A stretch of 46,786 nt of DNA from an uncultured Acidobacteriota bacterium (lineage in GTDB: Bacteria > Actinomycetota > Acidimicrobiia > Spongiisociales > ZC4RG35), in NCBI GenBank assembly GCA_963828465.1, contig CAWHEU010000005.1:1-46786 (forward strand). The letters are read 5' to 3'. The position numbers and the translations under genes were made by a program. Positions 9,919-19,677 of this stretch are shown here, one piece after another. The stretch's first letter is position 1. Each line of letters starts with the position of its first letter. Below the pieces are notes generated by a model. It worked only from the letters and a program-made list of their open reading frames with translations, made no database searches and was not told the origin of the DNA.

Positions 9919-11430
9919 TCAATCGTCCTGGGCGAGACTCTTCAAAGCTCCGCGGTCGACCTTGCCCAGGTGTGTCTGGGGAAGCCGATCGACGAAACGG
10001 ATGCGACGAGGATGCTTGTAGGCCTCGAGATGAGCGAGGGCCCAGTCGGTCAGCTCGGCCTCGGTGACATTCGCAGCCACCACAAAGGCGACAGGCCTGG
10101 CCAGACCTGAATCATCGCTGATCGCCACCACGGCGCACTCGTTGACCGCCGGGTGGTCGAGAAGGACAGATTCGACTTCCTGGGGCCGAAACCATCTTCC
10201 CTTGACCTTGATGGCGTCGTCGGACCGGCCCCGGTGGGTGACGAATCCGTCGGCATCGATGGAGACCAGGTCGCCACCGGCGAACCATTCGCCCCGGAAG
10301 GCCTCGGCCGTGGCCTCGGGGTTCTCGAAATACCCCAGACCCAGTGAGTCGCCCTTCACCCACAGCCTGCCCACCTCGCCCGTGGGCACTTCATGGCCGT
10401 CGTCGTCCCGCACCTCGATCTCGAAGCCGGGGACGACCCTCCCGAGGGTGCCGGGTCTCACCTCCCCGACCCGGTTGGAGACAAAAATGTGCCACATCTC
10501 CGCGGTGCCGAGACCATCGAGCAGTTCGACCCCGAACCGGCCCGTCCACTGGCGATAGAGAGTGTCGGGGAGGGCCTCACCGGCCGATGTCGCGACCCGA
10601 AGCGACGACATGTCTCGTTTGGCGTAATCAGGATCGGCCAGCATCTGGTTGATGGCGGAGGGGACGTGGACCAGCACAGTGGCCCGATGTCTCTCGATGC
10701 GGTCGAAGAGGGCGTCCGGGGTCGACTGACCCTCGAACAGCACCGCCGAGGCGCCCACCGAGAACGGGAAGAAGAGATTGGACCCCATGGCGTACCCGAA
10801 ATAGAGCTTGGGGACGGCGATGGTCACGTCTTCTGCGGTCAACCCCAGGATTCCCTTGCCGTACAACTCCGTTGTGTTGGCGAAGGAGCGATGGGTCTGC
10901 ACCACCGCCTTGGGGAGACCGGTGGTGCCACCGGAGAAGATCCACAGGGCGGGATCGAGAGCGGCGGTATCGAAAGTGGGAATATCGACATCGGGGAGAT
11001 GCAGGTCACTCTCGACCACGACAAGCGGGGGCATGGTGATCCCGGCGGATGTGACAGCAGCCTCGAGGTGATCGCGATGACTCTCATGGACGACCGCTCC
11101 TGTTGCCTTGGCCAGCCCGGCAATCGCTCCCAGGTCACCGGGAGTCAGCCCCGGATTGAGGAGCAGGCCGACCGCTCCGATACGGAGCACCCCGAACAGT
11201 GCGGCGACGTATTGGAGCCCGTCCGGCATGACCAGCAGCACCCGGTCCCCGGCTTCGACGCCATCGTCTCTGAGCAAGGAGGCGAATCCGGAGGCCGCCC
11301 GATCCACTTCTGTATACGTCACATCCCGATCGTCGAGACTGAGCGCCACCCGGTCGCCGTGCCCCTCGGCCAGACGCTGCCGCAACAGGTGATCGTCGAT
11401 GTTGAGGCTGTCTGGCCAGCGCCTGGTCAC
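9919..11430 (-). CDS. Benzoate/anthranilate-CoA ligase family AMP-binding enzyme
   Basis: FSGGTTGLPKAV, PKLYFGYAMGSNLFFPF, SAGEALP, LDGLGTAEMWHIF, GKVDR. Confidence 0.88.
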   Translation of the reverse strand: MTRRWPDSLNIDDHLLRQRLAEGHGDRVALSLDDRDVTYTEVDRAASGFASLLRDDGVEAGDRVLLVMPDGLQYVAALFGVLRIGAVGLLLNPGLTPGDLGAIAGLAKATGAVVHESHRDHLEAAVTSAGITMPPLVVVESDLHLPDVDIPTFDTAALDPALWIFSGGTTGLPKAVVQTHRSFANTTELYGKGILGLTAEDVTIAVPKLYFGYAMGSNLFFPFSVGASAVLFEGQSTPDALFDRIERHRATVLVHVPSAINQMLADPDYAKRDMSSLRVATSAGEALPDTLYRQWTGRFGVELLDGLGTAEMWHIFVSNRVGEVRPGTLGRVVPGFEIEVRDDDGHEVPTGEVGRLWVKGDSLGLGYFENPEATAEAFRGEWFAGGDLVSIDADGFVTHRGRSDDAIKVKGRWFRPQEVESVLLDHPAVNECAVVAISDDSGLARPVAFVVAANVTEAELTDWALAHLEAYKHPRRIRFVDRLPQTHLGKVDRGALKSLAQDD

Positions 11431-11449
11431 ATGCGGAAGTTACAGGGCG

Positions 11450-12199
11450 TCAGGAGGATGCCTGCTCTCTCGGATCGAACCGATAGGGCAGTTCCAGACG
11501 ATGGGTTTTCATCAACAACTCGTCGGTGAGGATCTCGACCGTGGTGTCCCCCGCCACGACCAGCCCTTCGTCCAAGACCACGGCGCGCGGGCACAACTCC
11601 AGAGCGAATGGGAGGTCGTGGGTGACCACGAGCTGGGTGATGGGCAGTCGGCGGAGCACATCGATGAGCTCCCGACGTGAGGCCGGGTCGAGATTCGACG
11701 TCGGCTCGTCGAGGACCAGGATCTCGGGACGCATCGCCAGCACGGTGGCGATGGCTACACGCCGCCTCTCCCCGTAGCTGAGGTGATGGGGGGCCCGTTC
11801 CCGTGCCTCCAGCATCGAGACCGCGCCCAAGGCATCGGCCACCCGTGCTTCGAGCTCCTCGCCATCGATGCCGAAGTTGGCCGGGCCAAAGGCGACGTCC
11901 TGACCCACCGTTGGCATGAACAACTGGTCGTCGGGGTCCTGGAACACCAGACCGACTCTTCGCCTGATCTCGAGGACCGAATCGTCGGAGACAACGAGGC
12001 CGGCCACGCGCACCTCTCCGGAGGCCGGTCGGAGAATCCCGTTGAGATGTAAAAGAAGGGTGGTCTTGCCTGCTCCGTTCGGTCCGAGAAGGGCCACCCG
12101 CTCGCCGTGGTGAACATGCAGGTCGACATTGCGGAGCGCCTGACGACCGTCTGGATAAGTGAAACTCAGATCGATGATCTCGAGGGACGGCTCGCTCAT
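11450..12199 (-). CDS. cbiO: ECF-type Co/Ni transporter ATPase
   Basis: GPNGAGKTT, VFQDPDDQLF.PTV..DVAFGP, LSYGE, LDEPT. ATG 12199 overlaps the cbiQ stop. Confidence 0.92.
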   Translation of the reverse strand: MSEPSLEIIDLSFTYPDGRQALRNVDLHVHHGERVALLGPNGAGKTTLLLHLNGILRPASGEVRVAGLVVSDDSVLEIRRRVGLVFQDPDDQLFMPTVGQDVAFGPANFGIDGEELEARVADALGAVSMLEARERAPHHLSYGERRRVAIATVLAMRPEILVLDEPTSNLDPASRRELIDVLRRLPITQLVVTHDLPFALELCPRAVVLDEGLVVAGDTTVEILTDELLMKTHRLELPYRFDPREQASS

Positions 12200-12942
12200 C
12201 TCAGCACCGTCACAGATAGAAGGGCCAGGAGGATTGCCACCAGCGGCACCGAAAGACCGATCCACCATTCCCGGGTGGTCGCCGGTCGATCACCAAACAC
12301 CGGCATCCTTCCGGTGAATCCCCTCGCCACCATCGCCTGGTGGACACGCTCGCCCCTCTCGAACGATCGGATGAAGAGAGGTCCGGCCGACTGGGCCAGC
12401 GGCCCGCTCTGCCAGAACCATCGGGGCTCGTATCCCCTGGCGGCCATGGCAACCCTTCGCCGGGAGAATTCGCCGGCGACGATGTCCAGGTAGCGCACCA
12501 TGAATCCGGCGATGGCGGTGAGAACCCGGGGCACCCGGATGCGATCCAGGCCCCGGAGCAAGTCGGGGATGGTCGTGGTCGCAGAGACGATGATCGATGC
12601 CCCGAGGCCGAGAGTTGCCTTAGCCAGGATCGTCCACGCTCCCCACAGCCCTTCGACCGAGAGGGTGAGCCCGAGGACCTCGGTGGTCTCACCCTGCCCG
12701 AAGAAAGGAAGCATCAGGGCGAAGATCAGGATCGGGACTTCCACCAGCAGCCTTCGGGCCACGAAGCCCGCAGGAAGCTCGGCGAGGATCATCACCCCGA
12801 CGAGGAGGCACCCGGCCAAGAAGTAAGCCCAAAACGCCTCGGGCGGGAGCACAACCACAGCCAGGACGAAAACCAGAAGCGCCACGACCTTCACCTGCGC
12901 CGGTAGTTGGTGAACCGGTGTGGTCCCGTGCCGGTACAGCAC
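12196..12942 (-). CDS. cbiQ: ECF-type Co/Ni transporter T component (start GTG 12942, or CTG 12966)
   Basis: PVHQLPAQVK, RYL, AMAARGY, FIRSFERGERVHQAMVARGF (two ARG motifs). Confidence 0.92.
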   Translation of the reverse strand: MLYRHGTTPVHQLPAQVKVVALLVFVLAVVVLPPEAFWAYFLAGCLLVGVMILAELPAGFVARRLLVEVPILIFALMLPFFGQGETTEVLGLTLSVEGLWGAWTILAKATLGLGASIIVSATTTIPDLLRGLDRIRVPRVLTAIAGFMVRYLDIVAGEFSRRRVAMAARGYEPRWFWQSGPLAQSAGPLFIRSFERGERVHQAMVARGFTGRMPVFGDRPATTREWWIGLSVPLVAILLALLSVTVLR

Positions 12943-12962
12943 GTGATCGTGATACGTCTCGC

Positions 12963-13952
12963 TCAGATCCGGGTCGCGCTCTTCCTTCTGATCACCGCGA
13001 ACGCGCCGACGATGGCGGCGCCCAAACCAAAGGTGATCAGCACGCCAATCAGACCTGAGAGACGGGTCCCGGTCGCCTCGTCCTCGATTCCCGAGACTCC
13101 ATAGTCGGCCAATGGTGAGTCGGCCAAAGGGTGGTCCTCGGCCGAGTCGATGAATCCCTGGTCGATGGCGACTCGCTCCAGGCCGTCAGGCTCGCTGGAA
13201 GCCAGAGGCGCGACAACCAACACCAACAGCGCGGCCACCACCAGACCGGCCGCGGCAAAGCCCCAGGCCCCGGCCCGGACTGGCTTCTTCTCTTTGTCGA
13301 GGAGATCGAGGTCCTGCACTCCAGCGATCAACTCGGGCCGAGTCGTGGCCACAGCGCCCACGGTCGCCGCCGAGATGAGGCCCTCACCGACACCGATGAG
13401 GAAATGGACACCGGCCATCGCCGCGAACACCGTCGCAACGTCGACATTGCCCCGGCCCCCGATGGCGTACTCGACGACGAACGCGAGAGAGGAGGCGACA
13501 ACCGAGGCCAGGGCGGCGGTGAACGTCGATACCAGGACAGTGGTCCATGACTTGGGGAGGGTCTTCACCATCACCCGGAAGACAACCCAGCCAACCAACC
13601 CGGTCACCAGGGCCATGTTGAGCAGGTTGGCGCCCAGGGCCGATACACCGCCATCGGCTATCACGAGCGCTTGGATGATCACCACGACACTCACCGCAGT
13701 GATGCCCAGCCACGGACCGACCAGGATCACGGCCAGGGCCCCGCCCAGAAGGTGTCCCGAAGTGCCCGCCGCGACAGGGAAGTTGATCATCTGAAGGGCG
13801 AAGATGAAGGCGGCGACCAGGCCGGTCAGGGCGATCCGGCTCTCCTGGAGATACGCACCCACGCGCTTGATGGAAAAACCGAGGCCGCCCGCGGCCATGA
13901 CCGCTGTGCCCGCCGAAGTGGCGCCATTGAGAAATCCGTCCGGGATGTGCAA
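12963..13952 (-). CDS. cbiM: ECF-type Ni/Co transporter substrate component, CbiM/NikM fused to a PDGLE (N) domain
   Basis: N-terminal metal-binding MHIPDGFL, GTSGHLLGG, ADGG, H.LIGVGEG, C-terminal ASSEPDGLE. Confidence 0.92.
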   Translation of the reverse strand: MHIPDGFLNGATSAGTAVMAAGGLGFSIKRVGAYLQESRIALTGLVAAFIFALQMINFPVAAGTSGHLLGGALAVILVGPWLGITAVSVVVIIQALVIADGGVSALGANLLNMALVTGLVGWVVFRVMVKTLPKSWTTVLVSTFTAALASVVASSLAFVVEYAIGGRGNVDVATVFAAMAGVHFLIGVGEGLISAATVGAVATTRPELIAGVQDLDLLDKEKKPVRAGAWGFAAAGLVVAALLVLVVAPLASSEPDGLERVAIDQGFIDSAEDHPLADSPLADYGVSGIEDEATGTRLSGLIGVLITFGLGAAIVGAFAVIRRKSATRI

Positions 13953-13967
13953 GACCTGTTGCCTCTC

Positions 13968-13984
13968 TTGCGACCTTGTCGCAA
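13968..13984. promoter_or_regulatory. Palindromic operator TTGCGAC-ctt-GTCGCAA (Nur-box-like) upstream of cbiM
   Basis: Perfect 7-3-7 inverted repeat, just downstream of a minus-strand -10 hexamer TATTCT (13987-13992). Fits the tTGCaa-N5-ttGCAA pattern. Confidence 0.7.
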
Positions 13985-14002
13985 CAAGAATAGCGAAGTG
14001 GA

Positions 14003-14446
14003 CTAGATCGTGTTCCCGGATGCGCAGTCGGCGCAGAGCCCGGATAGGGCGAAGTGATTCAGATCGGCGACGAATCCGGTGGCCACTGTGATGGCGGCGG
14101 CCAGGTTCTCACTCTCCTCCCGGGGAAGGGTGGTGGTCCTCCCGCAACGGCGACAGATCAAATGCTGATGACCGGCATCTTCGGCCAGGTGATACACCGA
14201 TGGCCCGTGACCCATGTGCGAGTGAGCGAGCAACCCGGAAGCCTCGAGCGCTTCCAGGGTCCGATACACAGTGGACCGGTCGAGCCGCGTCCCGCTCTTG
14301 GCCCGGGCCCGGTCGTAGATGTCGGCCGCGCTCAGATGCTCGTCGTGAGCCGCCGCCACGACCTCGCAGACTGCACGTCGGGCATTGGTGATCCGATAGC
14401 CCCGGCCGCTCAGAGCGTCGACCAATTTGTCGGCCGTGATGTGCAC
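14003..14446 (-). CDS. Fur-family metalloregulator, Nur (nickel uptake regulator)-like
   Basis: GYRIT..R, STVYRTL, HSHMGHGPSVYH, HQHLICRRC, D.NHFALSGLCADC. The HxHxGHG and DxxHFAxxGxC pattern resembles Streptomyces Nur. Confidence 0.85.
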   Translation of the reverse strand: MHITADKLVDALSGRGYRITNARRAVCEVVAAAHDEHLSAADIYDRARAKSGTRLDRSTVYRTLEALEASGLLAHSHMGHGPSVYHLAEDAGHQHLICRRCGRTTTLPREESENLAAAITVATGFVADLNHFALSGLCADCASGNTI

Positions 14447-14516
14447 CGGGCCAGGCTAAGCGCGGCCCGGAGATGGCCCGCGGGCACCGCTCGTGGTCTG
14501 TCGCTACCTTGCCCCG

Positions 14517-15311
14517 ATGCCGATCGCATTTGTCACCGGTGCCAATTCCGGGATCGGCCGAGCCACCGCGATAGGACTGGCCGGTGGCGGTGTCCATGTG
14601 ATCGTGGCCGGTCGCTCGGCGGAGCGAGCCAAACCGGTCCTGGATGAGATCGCAGCGTTTGGAGGCAGCGCCGAGTTCCTCGAACTCGATCTCGCCTCGA
14701 TGACCTCGGTACGGACCGCTTCACGGAGCTTCGCCGACACACGTCGCAACCTCGACATCCTGGTCAATAACGCCGGTATCGGAGTCAATCGCCGCGGTCT
14801 CACCGAGGATGGCTTCGAGGTCCATTTCGGCATCAACCATCTGGGCCACTTCCTCCTGACCCGCGAGCTGTTTCCCAACCTCGTTCCGGACAGCCGCGTT
14901 GTCGCGCTGACCAGCGCCATGCACTTCCGGGCAGATGGCATCGATTTCGCCCGGGTTCGACGCCCGACCGCATTCACCGGTCTCGCCGAGTATGCGACAT
15001 CCAAACTGGCCAATGTCCTGTTCACCAGAGAGCTCGCCCGCCGCCGACCCGAGATTCGGGCCTACGCCGTCCACCCCGGCCTGGTTCGCACCCGGCTGAT
15101 CCCGGGCCCAATCCGCGTCCTCTCGGCCTCGAGCATGGTGAGCCCCGAACAGGGCGCAGACACGGTGCTTTGGTGCGCCACCTCGGAGGATGTGGCCTCG
15201 GAGAGCGGGCAGTATTACCAACAGCGAACCCGCCTTCCCCCCTCGGCTCGAGCCCAGGACGACGACCTGGCCAGCGAGCTCTGGGAGCGATCAGACGAGT
15301 GGTGCGGATAG
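14517..15311 (+). CDS. Short-chain dehydrogenase/reductase (retinol-DH-like subgroup)
   Basis: TGANSGIG, LDLAS, LVNNAG, NHLGHFLLT, YATSK, VHPG. Confidence 0.9.
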   Translation: MPIAFVTGANSGIGRATAIGLAGGGVHVIVAGRSAERAKPVLDEIAAFGGSAEFLELDLASMTSVRTASRSFADTRRNLDILVNNAGIGVNRRGLTEDGFEVHFGINHLGHFLLTRELFPNLVPDSRVVALTSAMHFRADGIDFARVRRPTAFTGLAEYATSKLANVLFTRELARRRPEIRAYAVHPGLVRTRLIPGPIRVLSASSMVSPEQGADTVLWCATSEDVASESGQYYQQRTRLPPSARAQDDDLASELWERSDEWCG

Positions 15312-15348
15312 GCGGACGGGACATGAGTGACATGCGGAATCAGCACTG

Positions 15349-16228
15349 ATGCATATCGACGTCAATGGGACTCGGTTGTGGTTCGACGTTGACGGGCCTG
15401 CGCTCGTGCCGGACGGCAATGAGATGCGGCAACGGCCGACGATGGTGCTGATTCACGGCGGACCTGGCAGCTATGACCATTCCTACTTCAAGCCGGACTT
15501 CGGCCGGCTCGCCGAGCATGCCCAGATCGTCTACCTCGATCTGCGCGGGCACGGCCGTTCCGATTGGGGCAGCGCGGGCGCGTGGAGCTTCGAAGGGACC
15601 GCAGACGACATCCGAGCATTCTGCGACGCGGTCGGGCATAGCCAGGCCGATCGTCCTCGGACACTCGATGGGCGGGCCAATCGTCCTCCTCTACGGTGCC
15701 CGCCACCCTGGTCATGCGGCCGGGCTCGTGGTTCAGTCGGGATTCTCACGGTGGGATGCCTCGCGGGTTGTCGAGGGGTTTCGCCGTGTCGCGGGCGACG
15801 AGGTCGCCGAGATCGCCACGCGCAGCTATGCAGGCGAGTCGGTACCCGATGAGGAGTGGGCCCGCGTCGCCGCCGCCTTCGGCCCACGGGTTCCGGATGA
15901 TGACCAGAAGGCTCGCATGCCAAAGAACCTCGAGCTCAACTCGCACGGGATGGATCTAATCCGCCAACTCGACATCGTCGATCAACTCCGCCGTATCGAA
16001 ATTCCGACGCTGGTTTCGGTCGGAGATCTCGACCCGGTCACACCCATCGCCGCAGCCGAAGAGATCGTCGCCGCCTTGCCGGAAGGCATGGCCCGGCTCC
16101 ACGTCTTCGAGGGAGCCGGCCACTTCACATGGATGGATAACCCGGGGCGTTACTGGGAGACGATCATCGAGTTCATCGACAGCACCACCGGACGCAAGCA
16201 AATGGGGGGTGAGGGACACACCAGGTAG
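15349..16228 (+). CDS. Alpha/beta hydrolase (proline iminopeptidase-like fold); +1 frameshift near 15635
   Basis: HGGPG and DLRGHGRS in the first frame; GHSMGG, DP.TP and GAGHF in the second. Removing one G of GGG 15634-15636 joins them. Confidence 0.85.
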
Positions 16229-16238
16229 CGTCCCGCTC

Positions 16239-17321
16239 ATGGAGCCGGATCTCTATTACGGCAGCTATCTGAGACTGGACAAACTCCTCGAGGCTCAAGA
16301 GCTGGAGAGCACGAAGGCAGGGAGCACCGTGCACGACGAGATGCTGTTCATCGTCGTCCATCAGGCCTACGAGCTCTGGTTCAAGCAGATCCTCTGGGAG
16401 ATGGACGAGGTGCGTCGCATCTTCGGCCAGACCATCGTCGACGACGCAGACATGGGCACCGTCGTCTCATTGCTGCGACGCATCACCGAGATACAGAAGC
16501 TGTTGATCCAGCAGGTCTCGGTACTGGAGACGATGACTCCCCTCGATTTTCTCGACTTCCGGGACTATCTCTTCCCCGCATCGGGCTTCCAGTCGGCGCA
16601 ATTCAGACTTGTGGAGAACAAGCTCGGGCTCCGCGCCGACGACAGAATGAAGCTGGGAGGCGCCACATATACCTCGCGCTTCAACCCGGACGACATGAGA
16701 TCGGTGGCGGCCAGCGAGCAGGAGCCCTCCATCTTCGACCTGGTCGAGCGGTGGCTGGAACGAACGCCTTTCCTCGATCACAAGGACTTCTCGTTCTGGG
16801 AGGCGTTCCAGAAAGCCGTGAAGGAGCGGTTGGAGGCGGACCGGGCGGTGGTCGAGTCCAACCCGAGACTGACCACCGAGGAAAAGACAGCACAGCTCAA
16901 GGATTTCGAGACGACGATGGAGCAGTACGAGGCACTTTTCGATCCAGCCAAGCACGCCGAGCAACAGGCCGCCGGAAAGCGGCGTCTCTCCCATCGTGCC
17001 TTTCAGGCGGCACTCTTCATCACCCTGTACCGGGATCAGCCCGCATTGCAGGGAGCATTCCGGCTCCTCGAACTCCTCATGGACATCGACGAGGGGTTCA
17101 CGACGTGGCGCTACCGCCATGCCCAGATGGTGCTGCGAATGATCGGGCGGCGGATCGGGACCGGAGGCTCCGCAGGGGCCAAGTACCTGGAGAAGTCGGC
17201 GGAACGGAGCCGGATCTTCGGTGACCTGTACAACTTGTCCACCTTTCTCATCCCGAGGGCAGACCGGCCACCCCTGCCTCCGGGCATCGTGGAGTCGATG
17301 CGGTTCAAGTACGAGGGATGA
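16239..17321 (+). CDS. kynA: Tryptophan 2,3-dioxygenase (long type)
   Basis: YL.LDKLL.AQ, HDEMLFIVVHQAYELWFKQIL, LETMTPLDFLDFR, SGFQS.QFR, WRYRH..MV.RMIG..GTGGS.G..YL. Alternative GTG start at 16209. Confidence 0.95.
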   Translation: MEPDLYYGSYLRLDKLLEAQELESTKAGSTVHDEMLFIVVHQAYELWFKQILWEMDEVRRIFGQTIVDDADMGTVVSLLRRITEIQKLLIQQVSVLETMTPLDFLDFRDYLFPASGFQSAQFRLVENKLGLRADDRMKLGGATYTSRFNPDDMRSVAASEQEPSIFDLVERWLERTPFLDHKDFSFWEAFQKAVKERLEADRAVVESNPRLTTEEKTAQLKDFETTMEQYEALFDPAKHAEQQAAGKRRLSHRAFQAALFITLYRDQPALQGAFRLLELLMDIDEGFTTWRYRHAQMVLRMIGRRIGTGGSAGAKYLEKSAERSRIFGDLYNLSTFLIPRADRPPLPPGIVESMRFKYEG

Positions 17322-18451
17322 ACCTCAAGCCTCACTTCTCCCGATTCCTCGGGGCAAAGCCGGATCGCCTTCATTTCGCGGCGCATTCCCACCACCCCTG
17401 GCCTGATGTGTCGTTCGAGGCGCATCAGCGCGCCTGGCTCGATGCAGCGGAGATGATCGACGACAAGTGGGATCACATCTTCGGGGAGGTGATCCCCAAC
17501 ACCCGTACCCGGGTAGCCGACGTGCTGGGTCTCGCCGACCCGGCGAGCCTGACCTTCGGCCCCAACACTCATTCATTTCTGCTCAGGATCTTCTCATGTC
17601 TGGAGCCACCGGTCCGCGTCCTTTCCACCGACGCCGAGTTCCACTCCTTCACCCGCCAGTCGCGGCGATGGGAGGAGGCCGGGCTAGCCATCGTGGACCG
17701 GATCCCCACCGAGCCATTCGACACATTCGGCGAGCGTTTCACCCGGGAGGCGAGGGCCGGCGTCCACGACCTGATCTATCTGAGCCAGGTCTTCTACGAC
17801 TCCGGCTTCGCGGTCCCCGACCTCGACCAGATCGTCTCCTCGGTGCCGGAGAACCGGACCTTCATCGTCATCGACGGGTACCACGCCTTCATGGCCAGGC
17901 CCGTGAACCTGGGCGCCATCCAGGACCGTGTGTTCTTCCTCGCCGGCGGCTACAAGTACGCCATGTCCGGGGAGGGCGCCTGCTTTCTCCACTCTCCCCC
18001 CGGCTATGGGCCCCGCCCGCTCGATACCGGCTGGTACGCCGGATTCGGCCAGCTCGAGTCAGGTGTCAGCCCGACGATCGCCTACGGGGGCGACGGCTCG
18101 CGATTCTCCGGCGCAACCTTCGACCCGTCCGGCGTCTATCGAATGCGAGCGGTGCTCGGCTGGCTCGAGTCCGAAGGGGTGACGCCGTCCAGGATCCACG
18201 AGCATGCCATCTCGCTCCAGGACAGATTCCTTGCGGGCGCGCCTGCTCTCGGCGACTTGCTCGTGGGCGAGGCGGCCCGGCGAGGAAACTTCCTCACCTT
18301 CCGATCCGACCGTGCGAGCGACATCTACCAAAAGCTGCATGAGAAGGGAGTCATCACCGATTTCCGCGCCGACCGGCTTCGCATCGGGTTCGGCGTCTAT
18401 CAAGACGAGGAAGACGTCGACCGACTGCTGGATGTGCTGGAGACCCTCTAG
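17318..18451 (+). CDS. Kynureninase-like PLP-dependent class V enzyme
   Basis: HFAAHS, EFHS, IDGYH, PLP lysine in GGYKY, GWYA, D.R...LRIGF. ATGA overlap with kynA. Confidence 0.75.
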   Translation: MNLKPHFSRFLGAKPDRLHFAAHSHHPWPDVSFEAHQRAWLDAAEMIDDKWDHIFGEVIPNTRTRVADVLGLADPASLTFGPNTHSFLLRIFSCLEPPVRVLSTDAEFHSFTRQSRRWEEAGLAIVDRIPTEPFDTFGERFTREARAGVHDLIYLSQVFYDSGFAVPDLDQIVSSVPENRTFIVIDGYHAFMARPVNLGAIQDRVFFLAGGYKYAMSGEGACFLHSPPGYGPRPLDTGWYAGFGQLESGVSPTIAYGGDGSRFSGATFDPSGVYRMRAVLGWLESEGVTPSRIHEHAISLQDRFLAGAPALGDLLVGEAARRGNFLTFRSDRASDIYQKLHEKGVITDFRADRLRIGFGVYQDEEDVDRLLDVLETL

Positions 18452-18843
18452 ATGACCGCGGTGCAGACCAACTCCACCTTGGCCCTTGGGTCGAACAGCT
18501 CGGCAACCCCGATCAGGGCCATCGGCGGGAAATGCTTGCCGAACACATGGCGATATGCCTCGCCGATCGGGCCCAAGCTCTCGCGGTATCCCGGAACATC
18601 GGTGGTGAAGATCGTCATCGAGACCAGATCGGTCGGATCCCCTCCGGCTTCTTCGATGACCACGGCCACCGAATGGCAGGCGCGGGCGAACTGGTCGACG
18701 AGGCCGTCATCCAGCGTCATGTCCTCGTGATGGCCGGTCTGGCCGGCGATGTAGAGGGTCCTGCCTTCGCCGGGTAACGCACCGTGGGAGAAACCTCGGG
18801 CCGGAGCGAGACCCAGTGGATTCAAGAACTGATGCCCGCTCAT
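18448..18843 (-). CDS. RidA/YjgF family protein
   Basis: GFSHG, YIAGQ, FGKHFPPMAL.GV..L, VEL...A. ATG overlaps the enoyl-CoA hydratase stop. Confidence 0.9.
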   Translation of the reverse strand: MSGHQFLNPLGLAPARGFSHGALPGEGRTLYIAGQTGHHEDMTLDDGLVDQFARACHSVAVVIEEAGGDPTDLVSMTIFTTDVPGYRESLGPIGEAYRHVFGKHFPPMALIGVAELFDPRAKVELVCTAVI

Positions 18844-19667
18844 CGACCCGTCCACTCCGGAGGCCGCTTGCCGGTGAAGGCCCGGTAGAACTCGGCATGG
18901 TCCTCCGTGGTCATCAGCAGTGCCTGGGTGAACGCCTCCAGCTCGATGGCGGAGCCGAGGTCCATGTCCAGCTCACGGCCGATCAAGACCTTGGTGGCGC
19001 CGTAGGCCAGCGCAGGTCCCGCTGCGAGGCCCTTGGCCAGATCACCCGCGGACCCCGACAGGGCGGCGTCGGCCACCGCCTTAGTCGCCAACCCGATGGC
19101 GACCGCCCGCTCGGCGTCGACGCTTTCACCCAGGAGCAACAGCTCGGTGGCGCGCCCCAGACCGACCACGCGGGGCAGCAGGTACGCAGAGCCCATGTCC
19201 GCTCCTGCCAGACCCACCCTGGTGAAGAGAAAGCTGAAGGACGCCGTCTCGGCCAGGATTCTGATGTCGGCAGCAAGGGCGATGACTGCGCCTGCCCCGG
19301 CTGCCACGCCGTTGACCGCAGCGATCACCGGGATTGGAAGCCGGCGGATGCGCTCGACGACCGCCCCGGTCATCCGGGTGAACTCGAGCAGGCCTCGGGC
19401 GTCCATCTCCAGCAACGGAGCGATGATCTCGTCCACGTCCCCACCGGAGCAAAAGCCCCGCCCGGTGCCGGTCAGGACAAGAACGCGAACGTCGTCACGA
19501 TGCTCGATCTCCCCGAGCAGGTCCCTCAGGTCTGCATAAACCGCGAAGGTGAGCGCGTTGAGCTTGTCGGGGCGGTCGAAGGTGACCGTTCCTACACCGT
19601 CTTCCACCTCGAACCCGAAGTGCTCCCAGCTTTCGGTGAAGCCTGCAGAGGCGCGAAATGGGCTCAC
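18840..19667 (-). CDS. Enoyl-CoA hydratase/isomerase family protein
   Basis: DRPDKLNALTF, FCSGGDV, AAVNGVAAGAG, VGLAGADMG.AYLLPRVVG. GTG start at 19667. Confidence 0.9.
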   Translation of the reverse strand: MSPFRASAGFTESWEHFGFEVEDGVGTVTFDRPDKLNALTFAVYADLRDLLGEIEHRDDVRVLVLTGTGRGFCSGGDVDEIIAPLLEMDARGLLEFTRMTGAVVERIRRLPIPVIAAVNGVAAGAGAVIALAADIRILAETASFSFLFTRVGLAGADMGSAYLLPRVVGLGRATELLLLGESVDAERAVAIGLATKAVADAALSGSAGDLAKGLAAGPALAYGATKVLIGRELDMDLGSAIELEAFTQALLMTTEDHAEFYRAFTGKRPPEWTGR

Positions 19668-19677
19668 GGAGGAGCGC

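Noticed and set aside
13953-14002. Cobalamin riboswitch upstream of cbiM
   Set aside because: The spacer is only 50 nt with no B12-box; a protein operator palindrome explains it.
240-18451. Kynurenine route to NAD linking kynA with nad genes
   Set aside because: nadA-nadB already supply quinolinate from aspartate, and no kynurenine 3-monooxygenase or 3-hydroxyanthranilate dioxygenase is seen in the window.
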